Positions 8,735 to 17,676 are shown, numbered from the stretch's first letter. The stretch is DNA of 64,000 bases from an uncultured delta proteobacterium (GCA_963776345.1 CAVZMH010000016.1:448001-512000), one strand, 5' to 3'. Notes: generated by a model from the letters alone, not told the origin. Program-made: numbers and translations.

Positions 8735-10117
8735 TCAGCGCCTCCCGCCGCCACCGCGCCCACCACCGCCCCGGCTCGCCGTGCCCCGGCTGCTGGCGGC
8801 GCGGGTCTGGGGCCCGCTGCCCATGCCGCCAAACGCCGGACCGGAAGGCGCGGGCTTCGCCGAGGGTGCGCCCCAGCCGCGGTCGCCGCCGCCGCCGCCG
8901 CCGCCGTAGCCGCCTCCCGGCGACGGGGGGGTGCTCGGCATCCCGGTCGACGGCCGCGGCCCTCCAGCTCCGGCGCCTGGAGCTCCGCCGCCCGCCGGAA
9001 GCTGGCTCGGCGCTGCGGGACCTCCCGGCCGGGCTCCGGGACTCCCCGCCCCGCCGCCCGCCGGAAGCTGGCTCGGCGTTCCGGGCCCTCCCGGCCGCGC
9101 TCCGGGGCCTCCCGGCCCCCCCGGACCTCCGACACCGCCAGGGCTTCCCGGCCCTCCGACTCCTCCGACTCCTCCCGGCCCTCCGACTCCTCCGGGTCCG
9201 CCCGGGCCTCCGACGCCGCCTGGCCCGCCGGGGCCCCCTGGGCCTCCGACACCTCCGGGCGGTCGTCCTCCCCCGCCTGGCGGACGCGGCGGGTACGGTG
9301 GCCGCGGCGGGTACGGCGGATAGGGCGGGTAGCGCCAGTAGCTCGACCCGATGGCGAACCCGATGCTGAAGCTCAGCACCGCGCCACCCATGGCGTACCC
9401 GGGCGGGTAGATCGGCGGCGGCGGGTACGCGGGGTACGCCCAGGTCCCGTAGACCACCGTCGGGCTGTAGACCGGCACGTAGACCACCTCGGGCTGCGCG
9501 GGCTCGATGCGGATGATGGTCGTGCCCTCGCTGCCTTGCGCCGCGGCCTGCTCGACCTTCACCGTCTGCTGCGACGAGGACTTGAGGTTCCCGGCCTCCA
9601 TGGCCCGGGCACGGAGCTGCTGGACGGCGAAGAGCACCGAGTCCTTCTGGGTCCGGTACGCGGTGCCGAGATCGCGCGCCCAGTCCTGGTGCTCGCTCAG
9701 CATCTTGAGGACGTCGGGGAGCGCGGAGAGCGCCTTCACGCTCCCGTCCCACGACTTGTCCTTCAGGGCCGCCTCCAGGTCCTTTCCCGACAGGCTGGGG
9801 TGCGCCTTGAGGAACGCCGCCGCGTCGGCGACCTCCTTCGGACGGAGCGACGCCTCGAGCACCTGCCCGAGCAACGGATCCGGGAAGAGCGCGATGGGCG
9901 AGACGATGGCCTCGAGCGCCTCGGGGGCGAACCCTCCCTCGGTGGCGGGGGGAGCAGCCGGCGCTGCGGACGGGCCCGGCGCCGGTGCTGCGGGAGCTGC
10001 CGGCGCGGGGGCAGGCGCCGCCGCTGCGGGCTGCGCCGTGCCCTGGGCCTGGCTCGCCGAGGAACCGGCGCATGCAGAGACCATCGAGGCGACGAGGAGG
10101 GACCGCCCGAGCGTCAT
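8735..10117 (-). CDS. DUF3300 domain protein with Gly/Pro-rich tail
   Basis: PIALFPDPLLGQVL, WDGSVKAL and VVYVPVYSP motifs; signal-like N-terminus from ATG 10117. Confidence 0.88.
   Translation of the reverse strand: MTLGRSLLVASMVSACAGSSASQAQGTAQPAAAAPAPAPAAPAAPAPGPSAAPAAPPATEGGFAPEALEAIVSPIALFPDPLLGQVLEASLRPKEVADAAAFLKAHPSLSGKDLEAALKDKSWDGSVKALSALPDVLKMLSEHQDWARDLGTAYRTQKDSVLFAVQQLRARAMEAGNLKSSSQQTVKVEQAAAQGSEGTTIIRIEPAQPEVVYVPVYSPTVVYGTWAYPAYPPPPIYPPGYAMGGAVLSFSIGFAIGSSYWRYPPYPPYPPRPPYPPRPPGGGGRPPGGVGGPGGPGGPGGVGGPGGPGGVGGPGGVGGVGGPGSPGGVGGPGGPGGPGARPGGPGTPSQLPAGGGAGSPGARPGGPAAPSQLPAGGGAPGAGAGGPRPSTGMPSTPPSPGGGYGGGGGGGDRGWGAPSAKPAPSGPAFGGMGSGPQTRAASSRGTASRGGGGRGGGGRR
8985..9260 (-). repeat. 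Intragenic tandem repeats (GGPGG/GGV units and a ~66-bp duplication encoding PSQLPAGGG)
   Basis: Visible in DNA (ccggaagctggctcggcg twice, 66 bp apart) and in the protein. Confidence 0.8.
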
Positions 10118-10205
10118 GGCCGCACTCTGCCAGGAACACCCCGGGGCGGGTCGACGAAGCACATGGGACCAAGGTGCAACACAGGGTCCCCGACCCCGAG
10201 CCGCC

Positions 10206-11093
10206 CTAGCGCGCGATGGCCACCCTCGGAGACGCGGGCGCCGCCTCCTGGACGCAGGCATGGTCCGCGTTGGACCACTGCTTCTGCAGCTGCCACCGGG
10301 TGCCGCCGAGGGCGACGCAGCTGCCGAACCTCCAGTTGCACTTGTCGGCGATCTCGTCCCCCGAGCGGTCCAGCCAGCCGTTCCCGTCCGGGTCAGTGAG
10401 CATCTCCATCACCTCGTGGGCCGTGACGTTGGCCAGCGCGCGCGTGGCCGGGCCGAGGCCGTTGCAGCGGAAGAGGTCTCCCGGATCGCACTGCGGCGCG
10501 CTGGCCATGTTCGGCAGGTAGGCCACGTGGATGCGGCGCCCGTCGGGACAGCGTCCGCCGTCGTGCCAGGCGCAGAAGTTCGACGGCTCGGGGAAGCCGT
10601 CGGTGAAGACCAGGTACAGCGCCGTCGGGCTCGGCACCTGGCGCGCGTCGGCCAGCACCTGGCACACCTTGGCCACGATCTCCTCCGTCGATGGCGAGTG
10701 GGTCGGCGAGGGCGAGGTCTCCATCAGGTGGCCGAGGAAGGTCGTCCGCGCCGGCCGGCGCACGTACTGGTCGACGATGGCCAGGTAGCGGGAGCCGTCC
10801 AGGCCGGAGAGGAAGGTGTCCATCCCCGACATCGCGTCGGCAGGGAACCGGGACGCGTCACCCCACCAGATGGCGTAGACGGGCGCCTCGGGGATGACGG
10901 CGCCCCCGAGGTCCTCGAGGTCGTCGGACGACCACCGCGCGGCGCCGGCCCGGCGGGTGGCCATGATCGACGTGTGGCCCGCGGGAGCGACCGGGGTCTC
11001 CGCGACGAGCGGCTCGCGGGGATCCCACCCCGCGGCGCCGAGACAGCCGCAGAGCCCGAGCGAGGCGACCAGGAGGTAGATGGAAGCGCGCAC
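10206..11093 (-). CDS. Lipoprotein with PHI-1/EXORDIUM-like domain
   Basis: Lipobox-like LGLCGC; motifs VYAIWWG, FCAWH, AHEVMEMLTDP, GW...EIADKC and LQKQWSN. Start set at GTG 11093. Confidence 0.7.
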   Translation of the reverse strand: MRASIYLLVASLGLCGCLGAAGWDPREPLVAETPVAPAGHTSIMATRRAGAARWSSDDLEDLGGAVIPEAPVYAIWWGDASRFPADAMSGMDTFLSGLDGSRYLAIVDQYVRRPARTTFLGHLMETSPSPTHSPSTEEIVAKVCQVLADARQVPSPTALYLVFTDGFPEPSNFCAWHDGGRCPDGRRIHVAYLPNMASAPQCDPGDLFRCNGLGPATRALANVTAHEVMEMLTDPDGNGWLDRSGDEIADKCNWRFGSCVALGGTRWQLQKQWSNADHACVQEAAPASPRVAIAR

Positions 11094-11229
11094 CGGACGG
11101 CCCTCCACGAGTGCTCTCCCCGGCCGGATCTCGACCCAGGGGCGCACCAGCGTCAAGGAGCAGCCCGCGGCCGGGCGTCGGACCGCCGGCGCCGACCGGT
11201 TGTGCAACGCTCCGGCGTCGCGAGGGGTC

Positions 11230-11541
11230 TCAGCCCTTCGCAGCGAGCACGTCGTGCTTCTCGATCCGCGGCGGCTCGGCCAGCAACTCCGGCGCCTTCG
11301 CCATCAGGGCGGCGGCGACGCGTCCAGAGAGATGCGCCTGTCGGCCCTCCTCCCCGGCGAAGGTGTCGAAGATGGCGAACGTCCGTCGGTCGAAGCGGAT
11401 CGCGTACCACTGCAAGGTGCCCGGCTCGTCCTGCACCAGCGCCAGGCCCGCGCGGAGGAAGTCCTCCACCGCGCGCTCCTTGCCCTCCTTCGCCACGAGC
11501 CGGACGAACAGCCCCATCTTCACGCTGGCCTGAGCTCCCAT
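11230..11541 (-). CDS. Antibiotic biosynthesis monooxygenase (ABM)/quinol monooxygenase family
   Basis: EPGTLQWYA, FAIFDTF and GRQAHL; about 100 aa; AAGGA RBS. Confidence 0.85.
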   Translation of the reverse strand: MGAQASVKMGLFVRLVAKEGKERAVEDFLRAGLALVQDEPGTLQWYAIRFDRRTFAIFDTFAGEEGRQAHLSGRVAAALMAKAPELLAEPPRIEKHDVLAAKG

Positions 11542-11710
11542 CGAGACGTTCCTTTCGACGCTGGCCACCGCAGGACGGACCAGCTTCTCAGGGAGATGCA
11601 CCACCGCCGTCCTCGTTGCAGGCGCGCGCGAGGGACGGCCACCCGGGGGCACGGCCGGCCGGGAATCCGGCCATCTGCAGCGCTCGGTGGTCGACAGGAA
11701 CTGCGGGGGC

Positions 11711-11986
11711 TCAGCGGAAGCCGGCCGGACACTCCCGGCGCACCAGGGCCTTGGCCTGCTCCTGGCTCGCCGGGCGGAAGCCGCGGCGCTGGTACTTCTC
11801 GAGCTCTTCCTCCGGGAACCTCACCACCATCCCCGCCGGGTCCACGGCGAAGTACATCGACTCGTACTTCTCCTTCGGACACGGCTCGGCGCCCTTGGTC
11901 TGCCCGGAGGCCTCCGAGCAGCCGGACAGCGGCAGCGCCGCGAGCGCAGCGAGGAGAACGAGCGAGCGACCTGGACGCGACGTCAT
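11711..11986 (-). CDS. Small hypothetical lipoprotein
   Basis: Lipobox LSGC after a hydrophobic stretch; two further Cys; charged, protein-like composition. Confidence 0.6.
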   Translation of the reverse strand: MTSRPGRSLVLLAALAALPLSGCSEASGQTKGAEPCPKEKYESMYFAVDPAGMVVRFPEEELEKYQRRGFRPASQEQAKALVRRECPAGFR

Positions 11987-12365
11987 GACCATCACCGAAG
12001 CGTACGGGGCCGCCCTGCTGTGCGTGCAACGGAGGGTCATGTCCGCCGCGGTCGTGGGTGCGCGCAGATCTGCGCGGGGTCGAGAAAGCACCACGGTCGA
12101 ACCGCGCCCTCGGATAAGAGGACCGGCTCTCTCCGGAGGTCTCCTCGCCGATGAAGCGCCGCGCCCGCCGGCGAGGCGCTGCCGCGCGGACCTCCATTCC
12201 CCCGCGGCGAACCGCGCCTTTCATGCAGGAAGCGGAGACGCGTGGAGCTGGACTCCAGCCAACGGGCTCGCCCGTGCAGCCGCGTTCCTCCGGATGCGCG
12301 ATGAGCGGACGTACAACGGCACATCACTCCGTCGCTGCGGCGGCACACGCCGCGGGAGATCTCCG

Positions 12366-13815
12366 ATGCGCGCTCGACATCTGCTTCCACCGCTGCTCCT
12401 GCTCCCGGCGCTGGCCCTCGCGGCCGAGGGTGCGCCGGCGACCGTCCCCATCACCACCTCCTCCCCCGAGGCCCGGGCCCTGTACCTCGAGGGCCGGGAT
12501 CTGGTGGAGCGCCTCAAGGGCACCGAGGGTCACCTCCGCACCGACCAGGCGGTGAAGAAGGACCCGCAGTTCGCCCTGGGGTGGCTGCAGTGGGCCCAGA
12601 CGGCGGGGACGGCCAAGGAGTTCTTCGCCGGGCTGGACAGGGCGGTGGCCGCTGCCGGCCACGCCACCGAGGGCGAGCAACTCCTGATCCGCGCGGTCGA
12701 GGCGGGCGCCAAGTCCCGTACCGCCGAGCAGAACCAGCTCCTGGCCACGCTGGCGAAGAAGTTCCCCTTGGATCCGCGGGTCCACGCCCAGATCGGAAAC
12801 GTGGCCTTCGGCGGCCAGGACTGGGACCGCGTCGTCCACGAAATGACCCGCGCGACCGAGCTCGACCCGAAGTTCACCCTCCCCTACAATCAGCTGGGCT
12901 ACGCCTACCGCTTCCAGGGCAAGTACGCGGAGGCCGAGAAGGCGTTCCAGAAGTACGCCGAGCTGCTCCCCGACGACCCGAACCCCCACGACTCCTACGC
13001 CGAGCTCCTGATGCGGATGGGCCGCTTCGACGACTCCATCTCCCGCTACCGGAAGGCGCTGCAGATCGACCCGCTCTTCCTCTCGGCCTACGTGGGCATC
13101 GCCAACGACCAGATCCTGCTCGGCAAGGGCGACGAGGCGCGGGGCACGCTGAAGCAGATGCTGGGCAAGGCACGGACGGACGGAGAGAGGCGCTTGACCT
13201 GGTTCTGGACCGCCGAGTCCTACATGCACGAGGAGCGCTGGACCGACGCCATCCGCAGCCTGGAGGAGGAGAAGAAGATCGCCGATGCCGCCGGTGACGT
13301 GATCTCGGCGTCCCAGGACGTGAACTTCATCGGGAACCTCCTCCTCGGGCGCGGGGAAGCCGGCCGACGCCGCGCGACGGTTCGAGGAGAGCGTCCGGAT
13401 GGCGGAGGGCTCGAAGGCCTCCGACGCCGTCAAGGACACCGCCCGCCGCGGGCACCTCTTCGACATGGCCCGCGTGGCGCTGCTGAAGGGCGACCTGACC
13501 ACGGCGCGGGCCACCGCCGCCAAGTACGCCGCGGCGGTCGAGGCGAAGGCGGTCCCCTTCGAGGTCCGGCAGTCGCACGAGCTGGCCGGGATGATCGCCG
13601 TCCAGGCGAAGGAGTGGGACGCCGCGCTGGCCGAGCTGGGCAAGGCGGGACAGCAAAACCCGCGGGTGCTCTACTTCACCGGCCTCGCCTGGCAGGGCAA
13701 GGGCGACTCGGCGAAGGCGACGGACGCCTTCCGTGCCGCCGCGGAGCTCAACCAGCTACACCCGGTCTACGGCTTCATCCGGCCGCAGGCGCGCCGGCAG
13801 CTCGCGCGGAGCTGA
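12366..13815 (+). CDS. Secreted TPR protein, split by a +1 frameshift at about 13347-13350
   Basis: GGGAG RBS, signal peptide and TTSSPEARALY followed by TPR helices. The frame of track ORF 9507..13955 turns to nonsense after NLLLG and the TPR pattern continues in the frame of ORF 13399..13815. Confidence 0.85.
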
Positions 13816-13878
13816 GCGCCACGGGCGGTCCCCGGATCGCTCGGCCGAGAGCGATCCGGGACCGACCCTCGACGAGGC

Positions 13879-14724
13879 TCAGGGCTTCTCGATCGGCGCG
13901 CCGATCAGGTTGCCGTACTCGGTCCAGCTGCCGTCGTAGTTCTTCACGTCCTTGAACCCGAGCAGGTACTTGAGGACGAACCAGGTGTGGCTGCTGCGCT
14001 CGCCGATCCGGCAGTAGGCGATGGTCGCCTTCTTCGGGTCGAGGCGCTTCTGGTCCAGGTAGATGGCCCGGAGCTCGTCGGCGCTCTTGAAGGTGTTCTC
14101 GTTGGTGACCGCGATGCTCCAGGGAATGCTGGTGGCGCCCGGGACATGCCCCCCGCGCTGGGCGGTCTCGGTCATCCCCGGCGGGGCGATGACCTTGCCG
14201 GTGAACTCGTCGGGGCTGCGGACGTCCACCAGCGGCGCCTTCTTCTCGCTCGCTGCGAGGACCTCCGGCACCTTGGCCCGGAGCGAAGTGTCCACCGAGG
14301 CCGCCTTGTACTGGCTGCGGGGGAACTTCTGGACCTCGGTGGTGAGCGGGGCGTTGTCCTCGTTCAGCCACTTGGCGCGCCCGCCGTTCAGCAGCCGGAC
14401 GTCCTTGTGCCCGTAGATCTTGTAGAGCCAGAACCCGTAGGCGGCGAACCAGTTGCTCGCGTCGCCGTAGATGACCACGGTGTCGGAGTTCTTGATGCCG
14501 GCCTCCGAGTTCAGCTTCTCGAAATCTTCCTTGGAGATGATGTCGCGCTTCACCTGGTCGTTGAGCTGGGTGGTCCAGTCCCAGCCCACCGCCCCGGCGA
14601 TGTGACCCGCGGCGTAGAGCTTCGGGTCCACGTCCACCTCGACGATGCGGACGTTGGGGGTCTTGAGGTTCTGCTTCAGCCAGTCGGTGGTGACGAGGAC
14701 CTCGGGATGTGCGTAGTCGGCCAT
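13879..14724 (-). CDS. Tandem-domain rhodanese / thiosulfate sulfurtransferase (SseA/CysA type)
   Basis: GHIAGA, DVRSPDEF, GGHVPGA, active loop YCRIGERSS and NYDGSWTEY; GAGAGGAG RBS. Confidence 0.95.
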   Translation of the reverse strand: MADYAHPEVLVTTDWLKQNLKTPNVRIVEVDVDPKLYAAGHIAGAVGWDWTTQLNDQVKRDIISKEDFEKLNSEAGIKNSDTVVIYGDASNWFAAYGFWLYKIYGHKDVRLLNGGRAKWLNEDNAPLTTEVQKFPRSQYKAASVDTSLRAKVPEVLAASEKKAPLVDVRSPDEFTGKVIAPPGMTETAQRGGHVPGATSIPWSIAVTNENTFKSADELRAIYLDQKRLDPKKATIAYCRIGERSSHTWFVLKYLLGFKDVKNYDGSWTEYGNLIGAPIEKP

Positions 14725-14763
14725 GATGGTGCTCCTCTCGTTCCTTGGTGAGACGGGTGGATG

Positions 14764-14862
14764 TCAGCCCCGGTGGCGGCGGCCGCGACAACAGATCGCA
14801 GCCCCGGACAGGGGTGCAGATCGGGTCGGCGGTCGGGCAGTCATGGGCTCACACACCTCCAT
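14764..14862 (-). CDS. Candidate intercistronic Cys-containing leader sORF (MEVCEPMTARPPTRSAPLSGAAICCRGRRHRG)
   Basis: ATG overlaps the cysteine synthase stop (TGATG). A second ATG at 14844 has GGAGG upstream. Contains tandem TGT TGT and ends 40 nt before the rhodanese start. Confidence 0.45.
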   Translation of the reverse strand: MEVCEPMTARPPTRSAPLSGAAICCRGRRHRG

Positions 14863-15827
14863 CACGGGTCCGCCTTCAGGCCGGGCACGTGCTTGAGCAT
14901 GTTGGATGCGTACTTGAAGACGTCGTCGCAGAAGATCATCACTCCGAAGGGGACCGGCCCCTTCCGGGCGATCCGCCGGGCGCCCTCGAAGATGAGGCCG
15001 GAGCTCGGGCCGGCGCGCAGCCCCTCGTGGCGGGCCAGCTCGGCGGCCACCCTGTATGCCAGCTCGAAGTCGATCTCGAGGATCTCGTCCACCAACTTCG
15101 GGTCGTAGAGCTGCGAGACGTCCAGCTCGGAGACGTTGCGGATGCCGGGCACGTCGTGTCCCGGGCTCGGCTGAACGGCGATCACCTTCACCGCCGGGTT
15201 CTTCGCCTTGAGGAACTTGCTGAGCCCCATCACCGTGCCACACGTACCGAGCGAGGTGAAGACGTGGGTCACCTTCCCTTGCGTCTGCCGCCAGATCTCG
15301 GGGCCGGTGGTGCGGACGTGGGCCTCGACGTTCTGGCGGTTGGCGTACTGGTTGGGCATCACGTAGCGGTCGGCCGAGGCCTTGGAGTGAGTCTTGGCCA
15401 GCCCGATGGTCCCGTCCTCGCTCCCCGGCAAGGGACAGAGCGCGTCGGGCACCACCTCGACCTGGGCCCCGAAGACTTGCAGGAGGACCTTCTTCTCCTC
15501 GGGGACCTTGGAGGGCACGACGGCGAGCATGGGATAGCCGCGGACGCCGGCCAGGGCGGTAAGGCTGAGGCCGGTGTTCCCGCTGGTGGGCTCGACGATG
15601 CCCCGGCCCGGCTTGCCAGGCCCCAGCTCGCCCCGCGCCTCGAGGTCCCGGATCATCGCCCAGGCGGCCCGGTCTTTCACCGAGCCGAAGGGGTTCATCC
15701 ACTCGAGCTTGGCCCAGAGCTGCGAGCCCTCCGGGACCAGCCGGTTGAGTCGGACGATGGGCGAGGGGTTCTCCTCGTCGGGGAGCATCTGGGTGATGTC
15801 GTCGTAAACGCGTGCGGAATGGTCCAT
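14862..15827 (-). CDS. PLP-dependent cysteine synthase (CysK/CysM family)
   Basis: NPFGSVKDR (PLP Lys), EPTSGNTG, NQY, GTCGT and GPSSG motifs. Confidence 0.93.
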   Translation of the reverse strand: MDHSARVYDDITQMLPDEENPSPIVRLNRLVPEGSQLWAKLEWMNPFGSVKDRAAWAMIRDLEARGELGPGKPGRGIVEPTSGNTGLSLTALAGVRGYPMLAVVPSKVPEEKKVLLQVFGAQVEVVPDALCPLPGSEDGTIGLAKTHSKASADRYVMPNQYANRQNVEAHVRTTGPEIWRQTQGKVTHVFTSLGTCGTVMGLSKFLKAKNPAVKVIAVQPSPGHDVPGIRNVSELDVSQLYDPKLVDEILEIDFELAYRVAAELARHEGLRAGPSSGLIFEGARRIARKGPVPFGVMIFCDDVFKYASNMLKHVPGLKADP

Positions 15828-15914
15828 CGGGCGGGTCCTCTAACGGGGAGGGGGCGGGGACGACAGCAGGGAGGCGAGAGCGGCGCGGGGGAACGCCCCC
15901 GGCTCGTCAACCTC

Positions 15915-15992
15915 TCAACGACAGCAACAACAGCGCGCCGGGGCCCGGCCGGTGCCCGGAAGGCTGCAGGCGCTGGCCGATGGACGCGGCAC
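15915..15992 (-). CDS. Candidate polycysteine leader peptide (MPRPSASACSLPGTGRAPARCCCCR)
   Basis: Four consecutive Cys codons TGT TGT TGC TGT (15932-15921) just before the stop, 88 nt upstream of cysteine synthase. GTG 15992 is 9 nt after TACCGT. A longer alternative start is at 16100. Confidence 0.65.
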   Translation of the reverse strand: MPRPSASACSLPGTGRAPARCCCCR

Positions 15993-16149
15993 GGTCCGCG
16001 GACGGTAACGCCCTCCCCCGGCGGACGCCAGCGCCGCCCAGGCGTCCCGTCCAGCGGGGCTGCTCTTCTCCGCTGCCTGCTTCTTGCAGCACTCCCCCAC
16101 GCTGACCGCAGTGTCGCGAGGGATTTCGATGGGTTCGGGATCGAGAAGG

Positions 16150-16695
16150 ATGGGTCAACTGGGGTCGCTGCTGTTGCTCGCGACCCTCCTCCCTGGAACC
16201 ACGGCGTGGGCCCAGGGCACCGTGTGTCACCGCGTCTGGGTGGAGGTGCGGGACAACGATCTGATGGGCAACTCGGAGATGACCGCGCCGCCCCGCACCC
16301 GGTACCCGGGCAAGTTCTGCTTCATCGTCTACGACCGGCGGACGGCGCGCTTCTCGCTCGAGCCCGACGACTCGTCGGCCAAACCCTTCGCCTCGCTGGT
16401 GCTGCGGAGGGGCCGGCATGCCGCCGCGTCCAATCTCGTGAGCTACGGGCGCTCGTCGCCGGACTACGACGAGGACCGGATCCGCGGCCGGAACGACTTC
16501 CTGTACCTCCGCACCTACGCCAACGGTGAGCGGCATTACGGCGCGACGGTCACCGACCTGACCGGACGGGTGACGCTCAGCTGGAGCGCCAGCCTGAGCC
16601 CGAAGGGCCCCCGGCTGGACGAGGTGCCTCCGCCGAAGGGCGCAACGCAGGTGGCTTCGAGCCCCCCTCACCGGCAGCCTCCCGGGCCTCAGTAG
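16150..16695 (+). CDS. Hypothetical secreted protein
   Basis: Signal peptide ending AWA; beta-rich mature part; no family recognised. Confidence 0.6.
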   Translation: MGQLGSLLLLATLLPGTTAWAQGTVCHRVWVEVRDNDLMGNSEMTAPPRTRYPGKFCFIVYDRRTARFSLEPDDSSAKPFASLVLRRGRHAAASNLVSYGRSSPDYDEDRIRGRNDFLYLRTYANGERHYGATVTDLTGRVTLSWSASLSPKGPRLDEVPPPKGATQVASSPPHRQPPGPQ

Positions 16696-16768
16696 TACCC
16701 TCCCGGGATTCGAACCCGGATCCCCGGCTTCCGAGGCCGGTGCCTCTACCAAATTGGGCCAGAAGGGC
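16696..16768 (-). tRNA. Non-canonical tRNA-like gene, anticodon CGG (nominal Pro); possibly a pseudo-tRNA
   Basis: Acceptor GCCCTTC, D-arm with GG, anticodon arm CCGGC-CTCGGAA-GCCGG and T-loop TTCGAAT. The 3' side is one base short of a 7/5 fold and ends A-CTA. Confidence 0.6.
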
Positions 16769-16860
16769 TCAGCTGAGCGCCTCCGCGACCGGGTCGGCAA
16801 CGACCTTCTGGGAACCTGGGGTGCTCTTCCTCGGACTGGCAATCGTGCGACGATGACCGG

Positions 16861-17676
16861 ATGCGCTCGCCGTGGATGCTCGCGCTTCTGGCTTCGGCCG
16901 CGGGCTGCGTGAAGCCGGATCCGGCGGAGATCGTCCAGCCGCTGGAGAGCACGCTCGGCGCCGCGGTGCCGGCGGCGTACTTCGCCGTAGCCTCGATGGC
17001 GGCGCTCGACGGTCGCCCGTCGCCGTGCGCGAAGGTGGTCACTCCGGCCGGCTCCGGAGGCAGCGTTCGCGTGGATGTCAGCCTCGGTGCAGGCTGCCCG
17101 CCGATGTTCGGCGCCGACGAGAGCGGCACGGTGGTCGTCACCGGGACGTGGACGCCACAGCTCGCAACGTTCTTGATGGACTTCACCGGTGTGTCGTACG
17201 GCGGGCGGCCGATGGTGGTCGTCGGGATCGCATCGATGACGGTCGCACGGGCGAACACCACCCACCTCGTCATCGGCTACGGCGAGGAGGACATCCGGGT
17301 GGGCACCGGCAGCACCCAGGCCGCCGGCGTCAAGCAGGTCGCGTGGGTGGTCGATGTGGACACGGCCGGCACCGACGACCCGTCCGACGATGCGATCTCC
17401 ATGTCCGGTGGCGACCAGGCCTTGTTCGCGGCCGGCGGCCTGACGCCCGAGGCCGACCTCACGCAGGTCGCCGTCGCCGAGGCCGTCTTCAAGCCCGGCT
17501 GCCGCAGGAACCCCAGCTCGGGCATCGCCGTCGTCCAGCGCGCCGGCACGCGGGGCGGCGGCTGGGTGCTGTTCAGGTTCCACGACGCCTGCGACGGCAC
17601 CACCGACGTCGCCGCCGCGCTGGCACCTTACGAGCTGCTGATCACCGATTCGCTGCCGCTCGCGTTCCTCCAGTAG
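16861..17676 (+). CDS. Hypothetical lipoprotein
   Basis: Lipobox AAGC; beta-strand-rich sequence with paired Cys. Confidence 0.7.
   Translation: MRSPWMLALLASAAGCVKPDPAEIVQPLESTLGAAVPAAYFAVASMAALDGRPSPCAKVVTPAGSGGSVRVDVSLGAGCPPMFGADESGTVVVTGTWTPQLATFLMDFTGVSYGGRPMVVVGIASMTVARANTTHLVIGYGEEDIRVGTGSTQAAGVKQVAWVVDVDTAGTDDPSDDAISMSGGDQALFAAGGLTPEADLTQVAVAEAVFKPGCRRNPSSGIAVVQRAGTRGGGWVLFRFHDACDGTTDVAAALAPYELLITDSLPLAFLQ

Noticed and set aside
8985..9260. Repeats as a CRISPR array
   Set aside because: In-frame low-complexity coding repeats with no unique spacers and no cas genes.
6333..10172. 1279-aa ORF as a single fusion protein
   Set aside because: The upstream part is an off-frame read of DUF3300/DUF2950. 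The GH13 gene starts at 7823.
3200..13365. Programmed ribosomal frameshifting at 3213 and ~13350
   Set aside because: No slippery sequence or stimulatory structure seen, and these families are not known for recoding. Sequencing indels are more parsimonious.
9507..13955. 1482-aa ORF in the track
   Set aside because: Mostly an antisense shadow in GC-rich DNA. Only 12366-~13350 is coding (the TPR gene).
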